Shown piece after piece: positions 9,490 through 18,021 of a stretch of DNA of 64,000 nucleotides. Numbering within the stretch: position 1 is the first letter of the stretch; every line of letters starts with the position of its first letter. A program made the translations under genes and the position numbers. The notes below the pieces were generated by a model. The model had not been told where the DNA came from and searched no databases. It saw only the letters and a program-made list of their open reading frames with translations. The DNA is from an uncultured Deferribacteres bacterium (GTDB taxonomy: Bacteria; Zhuqueibacterota; Zhuqueibacteria; Zhuqueibacterales; Geothermadaptataceae): NCBI GenBank assembly GCA_964014485.1, contig CAXHAT010000008.1:11892-75891 (forward strand), given 5' to 3'.

Positions 9490-11634
9490 ATGAAAAAAGC
9501 AGTTTTCTTTGGGGTTGTTTTTACCATCGTCCAGTTTTCCCACGCCCTTGCGTCGGGTCCGGAAGTTAAAAAATATTCCACATTTAAGCACTTTAGCGCC
9601 GGTGAAGCCGAAGGCGTTGCAATTGGTTACGACGGCAGTTTAACGCTTTCGCCGCAATTTGAAATTCTTCAAGAAACCGGCGTTTCGCAGCTTTGGCAAA
9701 TGGCCAAAATAAACAAAGCCTTATTCGTGGGCGGCGGCGATCCCGCAACCTTGATCCGAATTGAAGGGAGCGACACGACGAGCGTATATTCAGGAAAGGA
9801 AGCGGCGGTTTTCGCGTTAGAAGCGGATGCTGACGGAGGCTTGTGGTTTGCGCCTTCTCCTTCCGGCGGCGTGCATCGTTTCAAAAACGGCAAGGCGGAA
9901 AAAATCGCCCATCTTGGCGTCATTTACGTGTGGGACTTGCTGGCCCACGATGACAAAATGCTCGTCGCGACCGGCGAGCCGGGATACATTCTGAGCCTGA
10001 CGCAGGCCGGCGAAATCGACACGTTTTTTGTGAGTGAAGAGACGCACATCCGCGCATTGGCCAAAGATGAGAGCGGAAACATTTATGCTGGCTCGGCGGA
10101 AAACGGGATCATTTACAAATTTGATCGACAAGGGAAACCCTCGGTTCTGTACGATTCGCCGCAAGACGAAATCTTCGAGATTATTCCCGGGGAAAACGGC
10201 GTCATTTGGGCGGCAGGCGCTAAAGAAGGATTTCAGCGACCGCTCACGCTCCCTTCAAGCGCACAACAATCGGGCAGGACGCCTCAGGCAGGAAGCGCCG
10301 GGGCCGGTTCGGGCCAAGGGCAAAGCGCAATGTCGGTCGATCTGCCGCGTCCTTCGCGAAATAACGGCGCGATTTATAAAATTTCGTCACAGGGAACTGC
10401 AAAAAGTATGTGGCCGCGAGACGCCGACCGCGTGCAATCTTTTGCCAGGAAGCAAGGCGGCGGGTTTGTAATTGGCGCGGGCGATGACGGACGCGTTTAT
10501 GAAATGGAAGATGACGGTCGCGTCAATCTTTTGCTCGATACCGATGCTTCTCAAATCACGCAACTTGCAACGATTGACGGCTTGATTTACGGCGTAACGG
10601 CAAATCCGGGCGCTAGCGTCCAAATAAAGCCGGGCGCTGCAAAGTCAGGCGACTATTTATCAAAAGTCTTTGACGCTAAAATTCACACGCGTTGGGGCAG
10701 TCTTTCTTCCGTGCAAAACGGCGGCAAAATCACTTTTTTTACCCGCAGCGGCAACAGCGCGGAGCCTGATAAAACCTGGAGCGATTGGAAAGATTTAAAT
10801 CAGCAGTCTGCAGGCGCGCAGATTCAAGCGCCGGACGCTAGATTCTTACAGTGGAAAGCCGTTCTTCAAACACGCGGCGGATCAGCTCCGAAGCTCACCG
10901 AGGTGCGATTCGGCTATATGCAAAAAAATATCGCTCCGGAGATCAACACAATCACGATCCATGAATTTGGCGTGAGCTTCCCGGACGCGGTTGCGGACGG
11001 CATGAAACGCGAACTCTGGAATCATCGCGGAGGCGTGAATGGAGCTGCGAACGGCAGAAGTTCCGGAAACAGGAAAAAGGTAACCATGCAGGGTTTCCAA
11101 TCTGTGAGCTGGAACGCCGTCGATCAAAATGGCGACGATTTGATTTATGACGTTTTCTACAAGAAAAGGACGGGGGGCGCTTGGCGACCGTTGGTGAGTG
11201 AATTCACGGCGGGAGTCTATTCGTGGGACAGTCGGACGATTGAAGACGGCGAATACATCGTAAAAGTTGTCGCTTCAGACGCGCCTTCAAATCAGGCGAG
11301 CGAAGCCGAAACCGCCGAAAAAACAAGCGAGCCTTTTCGCGTGGATAATACGGCGCCGACGATTACAGGGCTAAAATCAGCCGCTTCAGGCAAGACGACC
11401 ACCGTCACATTCAATGTCACGGATGAAGGCGCTCGTTTGAAAGAAGCCTGGTATGCGATTGACGCGAGTCCCTGGAAAATTTTGTATTCAACGGACGGTA
11501 TTTTAGACGCATTCTCCGAATCATTCAGCATCACTTTCGAAAATCTCGCCGCTGGCGCGCACATGCTGACGATCAAAGTTTTCGACGAAAATGACAACGT
11601 TCGTTTTGCCCATTTGAATTTTGAAGCGAAGTAG
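9490..11634 (+). CDS. Large exported beta-propeller protein with C-terminal Ig/FnIII-like domains
   Basis: Signal peptide; repeated blades (IRALAKDESGNIYAGS, G.IYKI); TRSGNS.EPD.TWSDW; YSWDSR...DGEY.VKVVASD; VDNTAP. Confidence 0.7.
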   Translation: MKKAVFFGVVFTIVQFSHALASGPEVKKYSTFKHFSAGEAEGVAIGYDGSLTLSPQFEILQETGVSQLWQMAKINKALFVGGGDPATLIRIEGSDTTSVYSGKEAAVFALEADADGGLWFAPSPSGGVHRFKNGKAEKIAHLGVIYVWDLLAHDDKMLVATGEPGYILSLTQAGEIDTFFVSEETHIRALAKDESGNIYAGSAENGIIYKFDRQGKPSVLYDSPQDEIFEIIPGENGVIWAAGAKEGFQRPLTLPSSAQQSGRTPQAGSAGAGSGQGQSAMSVDLPRPSRNNGAIYKISSQGTAKSMWPRDADRVQSFARKQGGGFVIGAGDDGRVYEMEDDGRVNLLLDTDASQITQLATIDGLIYGVTANPGASVQIKPGAAKSGDYLSKVFDAKIHTRWGSLSSVQNGGKITFFTRSGNSAEPDKTWSDWKDLNQQSAGAQIQAPDARFLQWKAVLQTRGGSAPKLTEVRFGYMQKNIAPEINTITIHEFGVSFPDAVADGMKRELWNHRGGVNGAANGRSSGNRKKVTMQGFQSVSWNAVDQNGDDLIYDVFYKKRTGGAWRPLVSEFTAGVYSWDSRTIEDGEYIVKVVASDAPSNQASEAETAEKTSEPFRVDNTAPTITGLKSAASGKTTTVTFNVTDEGARLKEAWYAIDASPWKILYSTDGILDAFSESFSITFENLAAGAHMLTIKVFDENDNVRFAHLNFEAK

Positions 11635-11668
11635 ACAAAACTGAAAACTCTTCCAGAAAGCAGAAAAC

Positions 11669-12667
11669 ATGGTCTCCCAAAACCACCTCGACGCCATCCG
11701 CGAAATTATAGATAGTTCACACCAGGTTCTTATCACAACGCACGTAAACCCTGACGGCGACGCCATTGGCTCTGAAATGGCGTTGGCCCGCTATCTTGGG
11801 CAAATCGGCAAAAGCGTCAAGATCATCAATTCCAGCCCAACGCCTTCAGGAATGCGGTTTCTTGACCCCCGCAACGCCATCGAAGTTTTCGACGAAGATC
11901 GACACATCGAAGACGTGACGGCGGCGGACGCAGTGTTCATTCTCGATATCAGCGATTGGGCGCGTTTGCAAGACCTGGGCAAGCTTTTGAAAAAAATGCA
12001 TTATCCCAGAGTGTGTATCGATCATCATCCGGCGCAGAATAAATTCGTCGACATTGACGCGATTTATCCAAAAGCCAGCTCGACGGGCGAGCTGATTTAC
12101 GATTGCCTGAAGGCGTGGGGCGCAAAACTGAACATGCGTATTTGTGAGGCGATGTACACCGCCGTCATGACGGATACCGGCGGCTTTCGGTTTTCAAACA
12201 CCTCGCCGCGCGTGCATGAAATCGCCGCTGATTTTTTGCGCTACAAAGTGTCGCCCAACAACGTCTACGCCGAACTATACGAAAATCAACCAATCGAGCG
12301 CGTTAAATTGATGGGCGAAGTGGCGGGAACGATTGAGACCAGCGCCGACGGTCGCGCCGGCTGGGTCTACGTGACGCAGGACATGCTGCGCAAAACCGGC
12401 GCAACGTTAAAAGACACAGACGGATTCTCCGATTTGCCGCGAACGATTGAAGGCATTGAAGTGGCGCTTTTTTTCGCCGAATTGGAAGACCCCAAAGTCA
12501 AGGTCAGCTTTCGTTCAAAAGGCCGCGTCGTCATCAACGAAGTCGCCAGAAAATTTGACGGCGGCGGGCATAAATTTGCGGCCGGGGCGACGATTAAGGG
12601 CAAACTGCCAGACGTGATGGAAAGCGTTATTCGCGAAATAACGAATCTTCTCAATCCTGCCGGTTAA
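11669..12667 (+). CDS. nrnA: DHH-DHHA1 phosphoesterase (nanoRNase / pAp phosphatase)
   Basis: HVNPDGDAIGS, IDHH, TDTGGF, SFRS, GGGH..AAG. Confidence 0.88.
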   Translation: MVSQNHLDAIREIIDSSHQVLITTHVNPDGDAIGSEMALARYLGQIGKSVKIINSSPTPSGMRFLDPRNAIEVFDEDRHIEDVTAADAVFILDISDWARLQDLGKLLKKMHYPRVCIDHHPAQNKFVDIDAIYPKASSTGELIYDCLKAWGAKLNMRICEAMYTAVMTDTGGFRFSNTSPRVHEIAADFLRYKVSPNNVYAELYENQPIERVKLMGEVAGTIETSADGRAGWVYVTQDMLRKTGATLKDTDGFSDLPRTIEGIEVALFFAELEDPKVKVSFRSKGRVVINEVARKFDGGGHKFAAGATIKGKLPDVMESVIREITNLLNPAG

Positions 12668-12716
12668 CATGCGTGATTTTTTACCCAAATAACTTCACTG
12701 ACACTTTGTTCCGACC

Positions 12717-13892
12717 ATGAAAAATCAGGTAAGCAGCATCGTTTCGGAATTTGCGCCCAAGTTGATTGAGATTCGACGGCGCCTGCATGAGATTCCGGAA
12801 TTGGGAAACCAGGAACACAAAACAACGGCGCTTATCGCTGCGCAACTTGCGGAAGCCGGATTGACGCTCCGTCCCGATATTGAAGGAACCGGGGTTATTG
12901 CGGAAATCGAAGGCGCTGATGAAAAGATCGTTGGTTTGCGGGTGGACATCGACGCGCTCCCCATCGAGGAATTGACCGGCGTTTCTTACGCATCGAAAAA
13001 CAACGGCCTTATGCACGCCTGCGGGCATGACGTTCATACGACTGTGGGCATTGGCGTCGCCCATGTGCTCAAAGCTCTCGCTGAGAAACCGCCGTGGACG
13101 GTGCGGTTGCTTTTCCAGCCCGCCGAAGAGTTGCAGCCGGGCGGTTCCGTCGGCTTTATCAAGCAAGGCGCGTTACGAAATATGTCCGCTATTTTTGGCG
13201 TTCACGTCGATCCCGGAATAGAAGTCGGCAACATCGGCCTGAAGTACGGCCCGCACCTGGCTTCGGTCGATGTATTTGAAATCGAAATTTTCGGCAAAGG
13301 CGGACACGCCGCACACCCGCACTTGGCGGTCGATTCGATTTATATTGCGGCGAAAGCGGTGACGGCCTTACAAAGCATCCCCGCCAGAAACATTGACCCT
13401 GTAAAACCGGCGGTTTTGACAGTCACTTCCATTCACGGCGGCAGAGCCAAAAACATCATCCCTGAAAGCGTCAAGCTGGCGGGAACGATTCGCACTTTGG
13501 ACAACGGCGTGCGCGCCGAAATCCCCGAATTGATGAAACGCGTGCTCGCCGGCGTGACACAGGCGTTTGGCGGCGACTTCACTATTGAGCTGACGCGCGG
13601 TTCTTCGGTTTTGGTTAACGACAAAGTTTGTACACAAGTGTTCCAAAAAGCTGCGACAGAGCTTTTGGGCGAAAAACATGTTCAAATTATACAAGTTCCC
13701 CGAATGGGATCCGAAGATTTTGCCAATTATCTCGACCACATTCCCGGCGCGATGATGCGCCTGGGCGTCAGCTCCAGTGCAGAAACTTCTCACTCTCTCC
13801 ACTCCCCATATTTCAATATTGACGAAAGCGCGATTCCGATCGGCGTTGAAGTTTTGGTGCGCACGCTCCTGGACTACATGAAAGTCGGTTAA
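12717..13892 (+). CDS. M20D amidohydrolase
   Basis: RRRLHEIPELG, RVDIDALP, MHACGHD, FQPAEE, GGHAAHPH, GSEDF. Confidence 0.9.
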   Translation: MKNQVSSIVSEFAPKLIEIRRRLHEIPELGNQEHKTTALIAAQLAEAGLTLRPDIEGTGVIAEIEGADEKIVGLRVDIDALPIEELTGVSYASKNNGLMHACGHDVHTTVGIGVAHVLKALAEKPPWTVRLLFQPAEELQPGGSVGFIKQGALRNMSAIFGVHVDPGIEVGNIGLKYGPHLASVDVFEIEIFGKGGHAAHPHLAVDSIYIAAKAVTALQSIPARNIDPVKPAVLTVTSIHGGRAKNIIPESVKLAGTIRTLDNGVRAEIPELMKRVLAGVTQAFGGDFTIELTRGSSVLVNDKVCTQVFQKAATELLGEKHVQIIQVPRMGSEDFANYLDHIPGAMMRLGVSSSAETSHSLHSPYFNIDESAIPIGVEVLVRTLLDYMKVG

Positions 13893-14068
13893 AAAATGAC
13901 ATTATTTTAAAGCCTTTACAACGTTCAGTGCGCGTATAGTATAAAATGCGACAAGTCCGGCTTCTGAACCGGCGCCGCATGGCCGAAAGGCGCAAACCGC
14001 ACATCGACGGATTGAACGGTTAAATGCCGGATACGGAACGTGCTGAATCAACTCGACTTTTACACCCC

Positions 14069-14782
14069 ATGTCACAAAACAAGAACCAACTTGAACTGGA
14101 TGAGCTGAAGAACCTTGTCTTCAGGATTTCTCACAGCTTGAAGTCTCCGCTTGCCTCCAGCGAAGGCTTACTGGATATTCTTGAAAGCGAGTTGGCGGAT
14201 CAGCTTTCCGAAGATCAAAAAAAATATATTGCCGGCGTTCGGACGAATATAAGGCTGGTGAATCGCATGGGGGAAGATTTGGTGGAATTTTGCCGCGTCG
14301 GCGAAGCCAGATCGGCCTACTCCGAATGTTCATTACAAGAAATTGTGACCGCCCTCACCGAAACAGTCAATTTTTCTTACCCTCAGAAATCAATTGCCTG
14401 GAAAATTCCGCGGCAACTTCCAAACGTCTATTGCGATAGTGGCGACTTGGCGACCGTTTTTGAAAATTTGTTGAACAACGCGGCAAAATACAGCCGCCCT
14501 GAAAATCAATGCATTGTAGAAATAGAATTTCAAGAACTGCCCCGGTTTTACGCATTTCATGTTCGCGACAATGGAATTGGCGTTAGCCCGAGCGAGAAAG
14601 AAAATGCTTTTGAACTTTTTCATCGCGGGAGCAATGTTGGCCAAATTGAAGGCACAGGATTGGGATTGGCCATTTGTTCTCGAATCATCAAGAAATACGG
14701 CGGATTCATGTCGCTTAAACCGCGACGAAAGTATGGCGTCTCCGTTTCCTTTACCCTGCCCAAAGCTTCAGCCGCATCTTAA
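14069..14782 (+). CDS. Sensor-less histidine kinase (HisKA plus HATPase)
   Basis: H-box ISHSLKSPL, N-box NLLNNAAKY, DNGIG, GTGLGL; no TM or sensor region. Start at 14069 or 14024. Confidence 0.85.
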   Translation: MSQNKNQLELDELKNLVFRISHSLKSPLASSEGLLDILESELADQLSEDQKKYIAGVRTNIRLVNRMGEDLVEFCRVGEARSAYSECSLQEIVTALTETVNFSYPQKSIAWKIPRQLPNVYCDSGDLATVFENLLNNAAKYSRPENQCIVEIEFQELPRFYAFHVRDNGIGVSPSEKENAFELFHRGSNVGQIEGTGLGLAICSRIIKKYGGFMSLKPRRKYGVSVSFTLPKASAAS

Positions 14783-15121
14783 GAAATCGCTGATTTCTCG
14801 CCTCGTAGAATAACTTTCTCACTGTTCCCTGCAGCAGCGGACGAATACCAACCGCCTGATTTTTTACCTTACCTCGCCGCCTGATTTCTGCATTCCGCAC
14901 GGATGAACCTATTTTACATGATGATGATCAAAAAAATCGCCAGGCAAGGACGCTTTTTCGGCGGTAAATGATCTGCCCCTGCGCTGTGTATCGCAACACC
15001 CTTTGAAACCTTGGGTTAACGTCTTCTGTGAGAGACGTCCGTTTTAGCGAGAAACTCAGCGCCGCCTTGCCTGCTTTAATTCTATAACCGCTTATTTAAA
15101 CGATAAAAGACAGGTGAAATA

Positions 15122-15580
15122 ATGAAAAAAGTATTTTTCATCGCTGCGGCGTTTTTGTTCTCCTGCAAAGGGCCAAACGGCGTGCAGGAAATTACGATTC
15201 TCGCGAACGAAATGGAAAGAACGGCCGGAACAAGAATTATTGACGAAGGCGTCCTGGTTCACGGCTCAGGAGTGACTTCTGAAGACGGTGTGACCGTTAA
15301 AATCCCGTTTCGCGATTTCAGCGTTTCCGGGCGTTTTAAGAATTCGAACAAAGGCCAAACCGAAGCGCCGATGTTAAAAGTTTTCATTCAAGGCCAGGAA
15401 GTGACTTCACAATCTGTACAGGATTCTGAATTCGTAGACTATAATTTGGGGTCGTATAGCGACGCAGGCGACTTTTTGACGCTCATTCTGGCAAACGACG
15501 GCACCGTACGCGATAGCACCAATACAATTATCGCAGACGTAAACGTGACCATACAGAGCTTGACCTTCAAAATCAATTGA
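15122..15580 (+). CDS. Hypothetical lipoprotein, beta-rich
   Basis: Lipobox FLFS-C; AGGTG RBS; beta-strand-rich mature part. Confidence 0.65.
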   Translation: MKKVFFIAAAFLFSCKGPNGVQEITILANEMERTAGTRIIDEGVLVHGSGVTSEDGVTVKIPFRDFSVSGRFKNSNKGQTEAPMLKVFIQGQEVTSQSVQDSEFVDYNLGSYSDAGDFLTLILANDGTVRDSTNTIIADVNVTIQSLTFKIN

Positions 15581-15622
15581 CGGGTCAATCTTCGAAATTG
15601 CAGAAAATCTCAATTTGAGAGT

Positions 15623-15658
15623 AAACCCCGTTTGCCTGAAAAAGCGACGGGGTTTTTT
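15623..15658 (+). terminator. Rho-independent terminator
   Basis: AAACCCCGT...ACGGGGTTTTTT. Confidence 0.7.
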
Positions 15659-15730
15659 ATTGCATCCGAATTCCAATACCGCTACTTTTTGACATTACTG
15701 AAACATCCGCACACGCTTCAGGAATGTCCT

Positions 15731-16816
15731 ATGAAAATCGCGTTTCTCGATAGTTTTTACGGCGGTTCGCACAAGAACTTCCTCGATGGTCTCATTAAGT
15801 ACAGCAAGCACGAAATTAAGCCGTTCGTGTTGCCCGCCCGATTTTGGAAATGGCGCATGCGCAGTTCCGCCATGTATTTCGCCGATCAATTTTCAAAAGA
15901 ATTCAGAAAATTCGATCTCGTCGTCTCGACCGACATGATGAATCTGGCGGAATTTAAAGCGCTTTCCGGCTATTCCGGCCCGACGATTCACTTCCTGCAC
16001 GAAAATCAGCTCACCTACCCGCTTCCTGGCCACGATACTTACGAACTGCATTTTGGCTTCATTAACATGGCATCGGCAATGGCGGCGGATCTGAACCTAT
16101 TCAACTCCAATTTCCAATACAGAGAATTTTTTCAGGAACTGCCGAATCTTATCAATCGCATTCCTGAGTTTTTCCCGATTGACGCAGCGGAAAAGATTCG
16201 CAACAAAAGCCGCGTCATTTATATGGGCTGTGATTTTACACATTTCAAAAACGCGAAGTCGCCCAAAAACAAAACGCCCATCATTCTGTGGAGCCACCGC
16301 TGGGAATTTGATAAGCAGCCGCACGTTTTTTTTAAAGCGCTTTACACGCTTGCCGAACAAGGCGTTGATTTCAAATTGATTATTCTTGGAGAGAATTTTC
16401 AAATTCACCCCAAGGAGTTTCTCGAAGCGCGCGAACGACTTTCAGATCGCATCATTCGCTACGGTTTTGTTGAAAGCAAAGAAGACTATGCCCACTATCT
16501 CAATTTGGCCGATATTTCTCTTTCAACCGCGAAGCAGGAAAACTTTGGTTTTGCCATTGCTGAAGCCATGTATTGCAAGACGATCCCTCTGCTGCCCAAC
16601 CGCTTATCCTACCCCGAACTTCTTGAACCGCGTTTCCACGACCGATTCCTTTACAATGACGACATCGAACTCGTCACAAAGCTCCGGGAATTGCTGAACG
16701 ATTATCGATCCTACGATGACGTGCGGCGCGAACTATCGGATTCCATTGCCCGATTCACCTGGGAAAACCGCATCGACGATTTTGACAAGACATTTGAAGA
16801 AGTCGCCGCAAAGTAA
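15731..16816 (+). CDS. DUF3524 / GT-B glycosyltransferase, GTDC1 (QTMAN)-like
   Basis: FYGGSHK, LPARFWKWRMR, HENQLTYP, W.HRWEFDK, E.FG.AIAEA, P.RLSYPE. Start at ATG 15731. Confidence 0.85.
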   Translation: MKIAFLDSFYGGSHKNFLDGLIKYSKHEIKPFVLPARFWKWRMRSSAMYFADQFSKEFRKFDLVVSTDMMNLAEFKALSGYSGPTIHFLHENQLTYPLPGHDTYELHFGFINMASAMAADLNLFNSNFQYREFFQELPNLINRIPEFFPIDAAEKIRNKSRVIYMGCDFTHFKNAKSPKNKTPIILWSHRWEFDKQPHVFFKALYTLAEQGVDFKLIILGENFQIHPKEFLEARERLSDRIIRYGFVESKEDYAHYLNLADISLSTAKQENFGFAIAEAMYCKTIPLLPNRLSYPELLEPRFHDRFLYNDDIELVTKLRELLNDYRSYDDVRRELSDSIARFTWENRIDDFDKTFEEVAAK

Positions 16817-16819
16817 AAT

Positions 16820-16900
16820 TTGGAACAACGGAATAGCGGATTAATGGAATGTTGGAACCTCGTTTTCATCAATCCAATATTCCACGAATCCAGCAACCCA
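16820..16900. repeat. Palindromic element built from roughly 8-bp TGGAnTnn units, copy 1
   Basis: TGGAACAA CGGAATAG CGGATTAA TGGAATGT TGGA followed by complementary TCCA units; related copy at 27764-27906. Confidence 0.6.
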
Positions 16901-16986
16901 TTTTCCGTTGCCTGCTCGCACTTGTGCCTGAACGCCTGTATTTTGTAACACAAATGTCACGCAATCAAATTGAGAGAACATATACA

Positions 16987-17877
16987 ATGACACGTCAAAA
17001 GAAATTTCTTTTGTTCCTGGCCGCGCCTTGGCTTTTGCTTGTGCAGTCCGGGTGCGATATTGATCACGGCCTGGCTCCGATCACGACAAAAATTCGCGGC
17101 AAGGTCGAATTCTCCGGCCCGGCTCCGTTGGGAAATGTTTCGGAAGTTCGAGTCGCCGCCGCCAAAATTTTTCCGCCTGTTAATCTCACATCTGATCTTC
17201 TCTACAGCAATCAACTCGAAATTAATCGCGACACTTCGCGGACAGATTCTTATATCATCGACTTTGAGATTTCAGCCACGGAAGGAGAGTATCCGGCGGT
17301 TGGCGTGCTCTGGCGCGAGGGCGGCAAGTCGTGGGAGATCACCAATATTCTCGGACTTTACACTGATCTCGGCAGCTTGGGCCCGAAGCCCATAACCGTA
17401 ACAGCGGAAGGACAAAGCGAAGAAATTCTTATTCCGGCGGATTGGGGACTCTCGCACCGCACGGCTTTTATTGAGGGTGACATCCATTTCAAGGGCGAAT
17501 GGCCGGCGGACACGGAATTGCTCGCCGCCGCCAGCTTCCCGATTATTCCGAATCCAGACAATCCATTCGATTTTCTCACGCTGCAATCGCTCAACATCGC
17601 CATTCCGACCTTCGTTGACGGACCGATTCCGTACCGTCTGCGCGTTCCCGTGGGCACGCACAAATTTATCTCCGTTTTCTACAAAGGCCGCAGCGGCGGG
17701 CTGTTTGACATCCGCGCCGTTGGCTTCCATAGCTGCCCGGACGATTCCACCATGCCGCGCGCCGTCACCGTCGGACACGAAGAAACTGCTTCGGACATCG
17801 ACATTATCGTCGATCTTGAAAGTTTGCCTGCCGGGGCAAGATATTCGCTTGAAGGCGGAGAATGCGGCAGTCAATGA
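16987..17877 (+). CDS. Lipoprotein with two tandem beta-sandwich repeats, upstream of a TonB-dependent receptor
   Basis: Lipobox QSG-C-DIDHGLAP; internal repeat IRGKVEFSG / IEGDIHFKG. Confidence 0.65.
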   Translation: MTRQKKFLLFLAAPWLLLVQSGCDIDHGLAPITTKIRGKVEFSGPAPLGNVSEVRVAAAKIFPPVNLTSDLLYSNQLEINRDTSRTDSYIIDFEISATEGEYPAVGVLWREGGKSWEITNILGLYTDLGSLGPKPITVTAEGQSEEILIPADWGLSHRTAFIEGDIHFKGEWPADTELLAAASFPIIPNPDNPFDFLTLQSLNIAIPTFVDGPIPYRLRVPVGTHKFISVFYKGRSGGLFDIRAVGFHSCPDDSTMPRAVTVGHEETASDIDIIVDLESLPAGARYSLEGGECGSQ

Positions 17878-18021
17878 CAAATCAGTTTTTTCTCTGGATA
17901 CGCTATTTCAGTATGATAATTTGAGGTTTTTAGCAAAGCAAGAATTCGGCGGAACAATTTCAGCAAAAATCGTTTTGCCGCCTAATTGTTCTGCCAAAGA
18001 AATAGACTAAAGGCTATAAAA

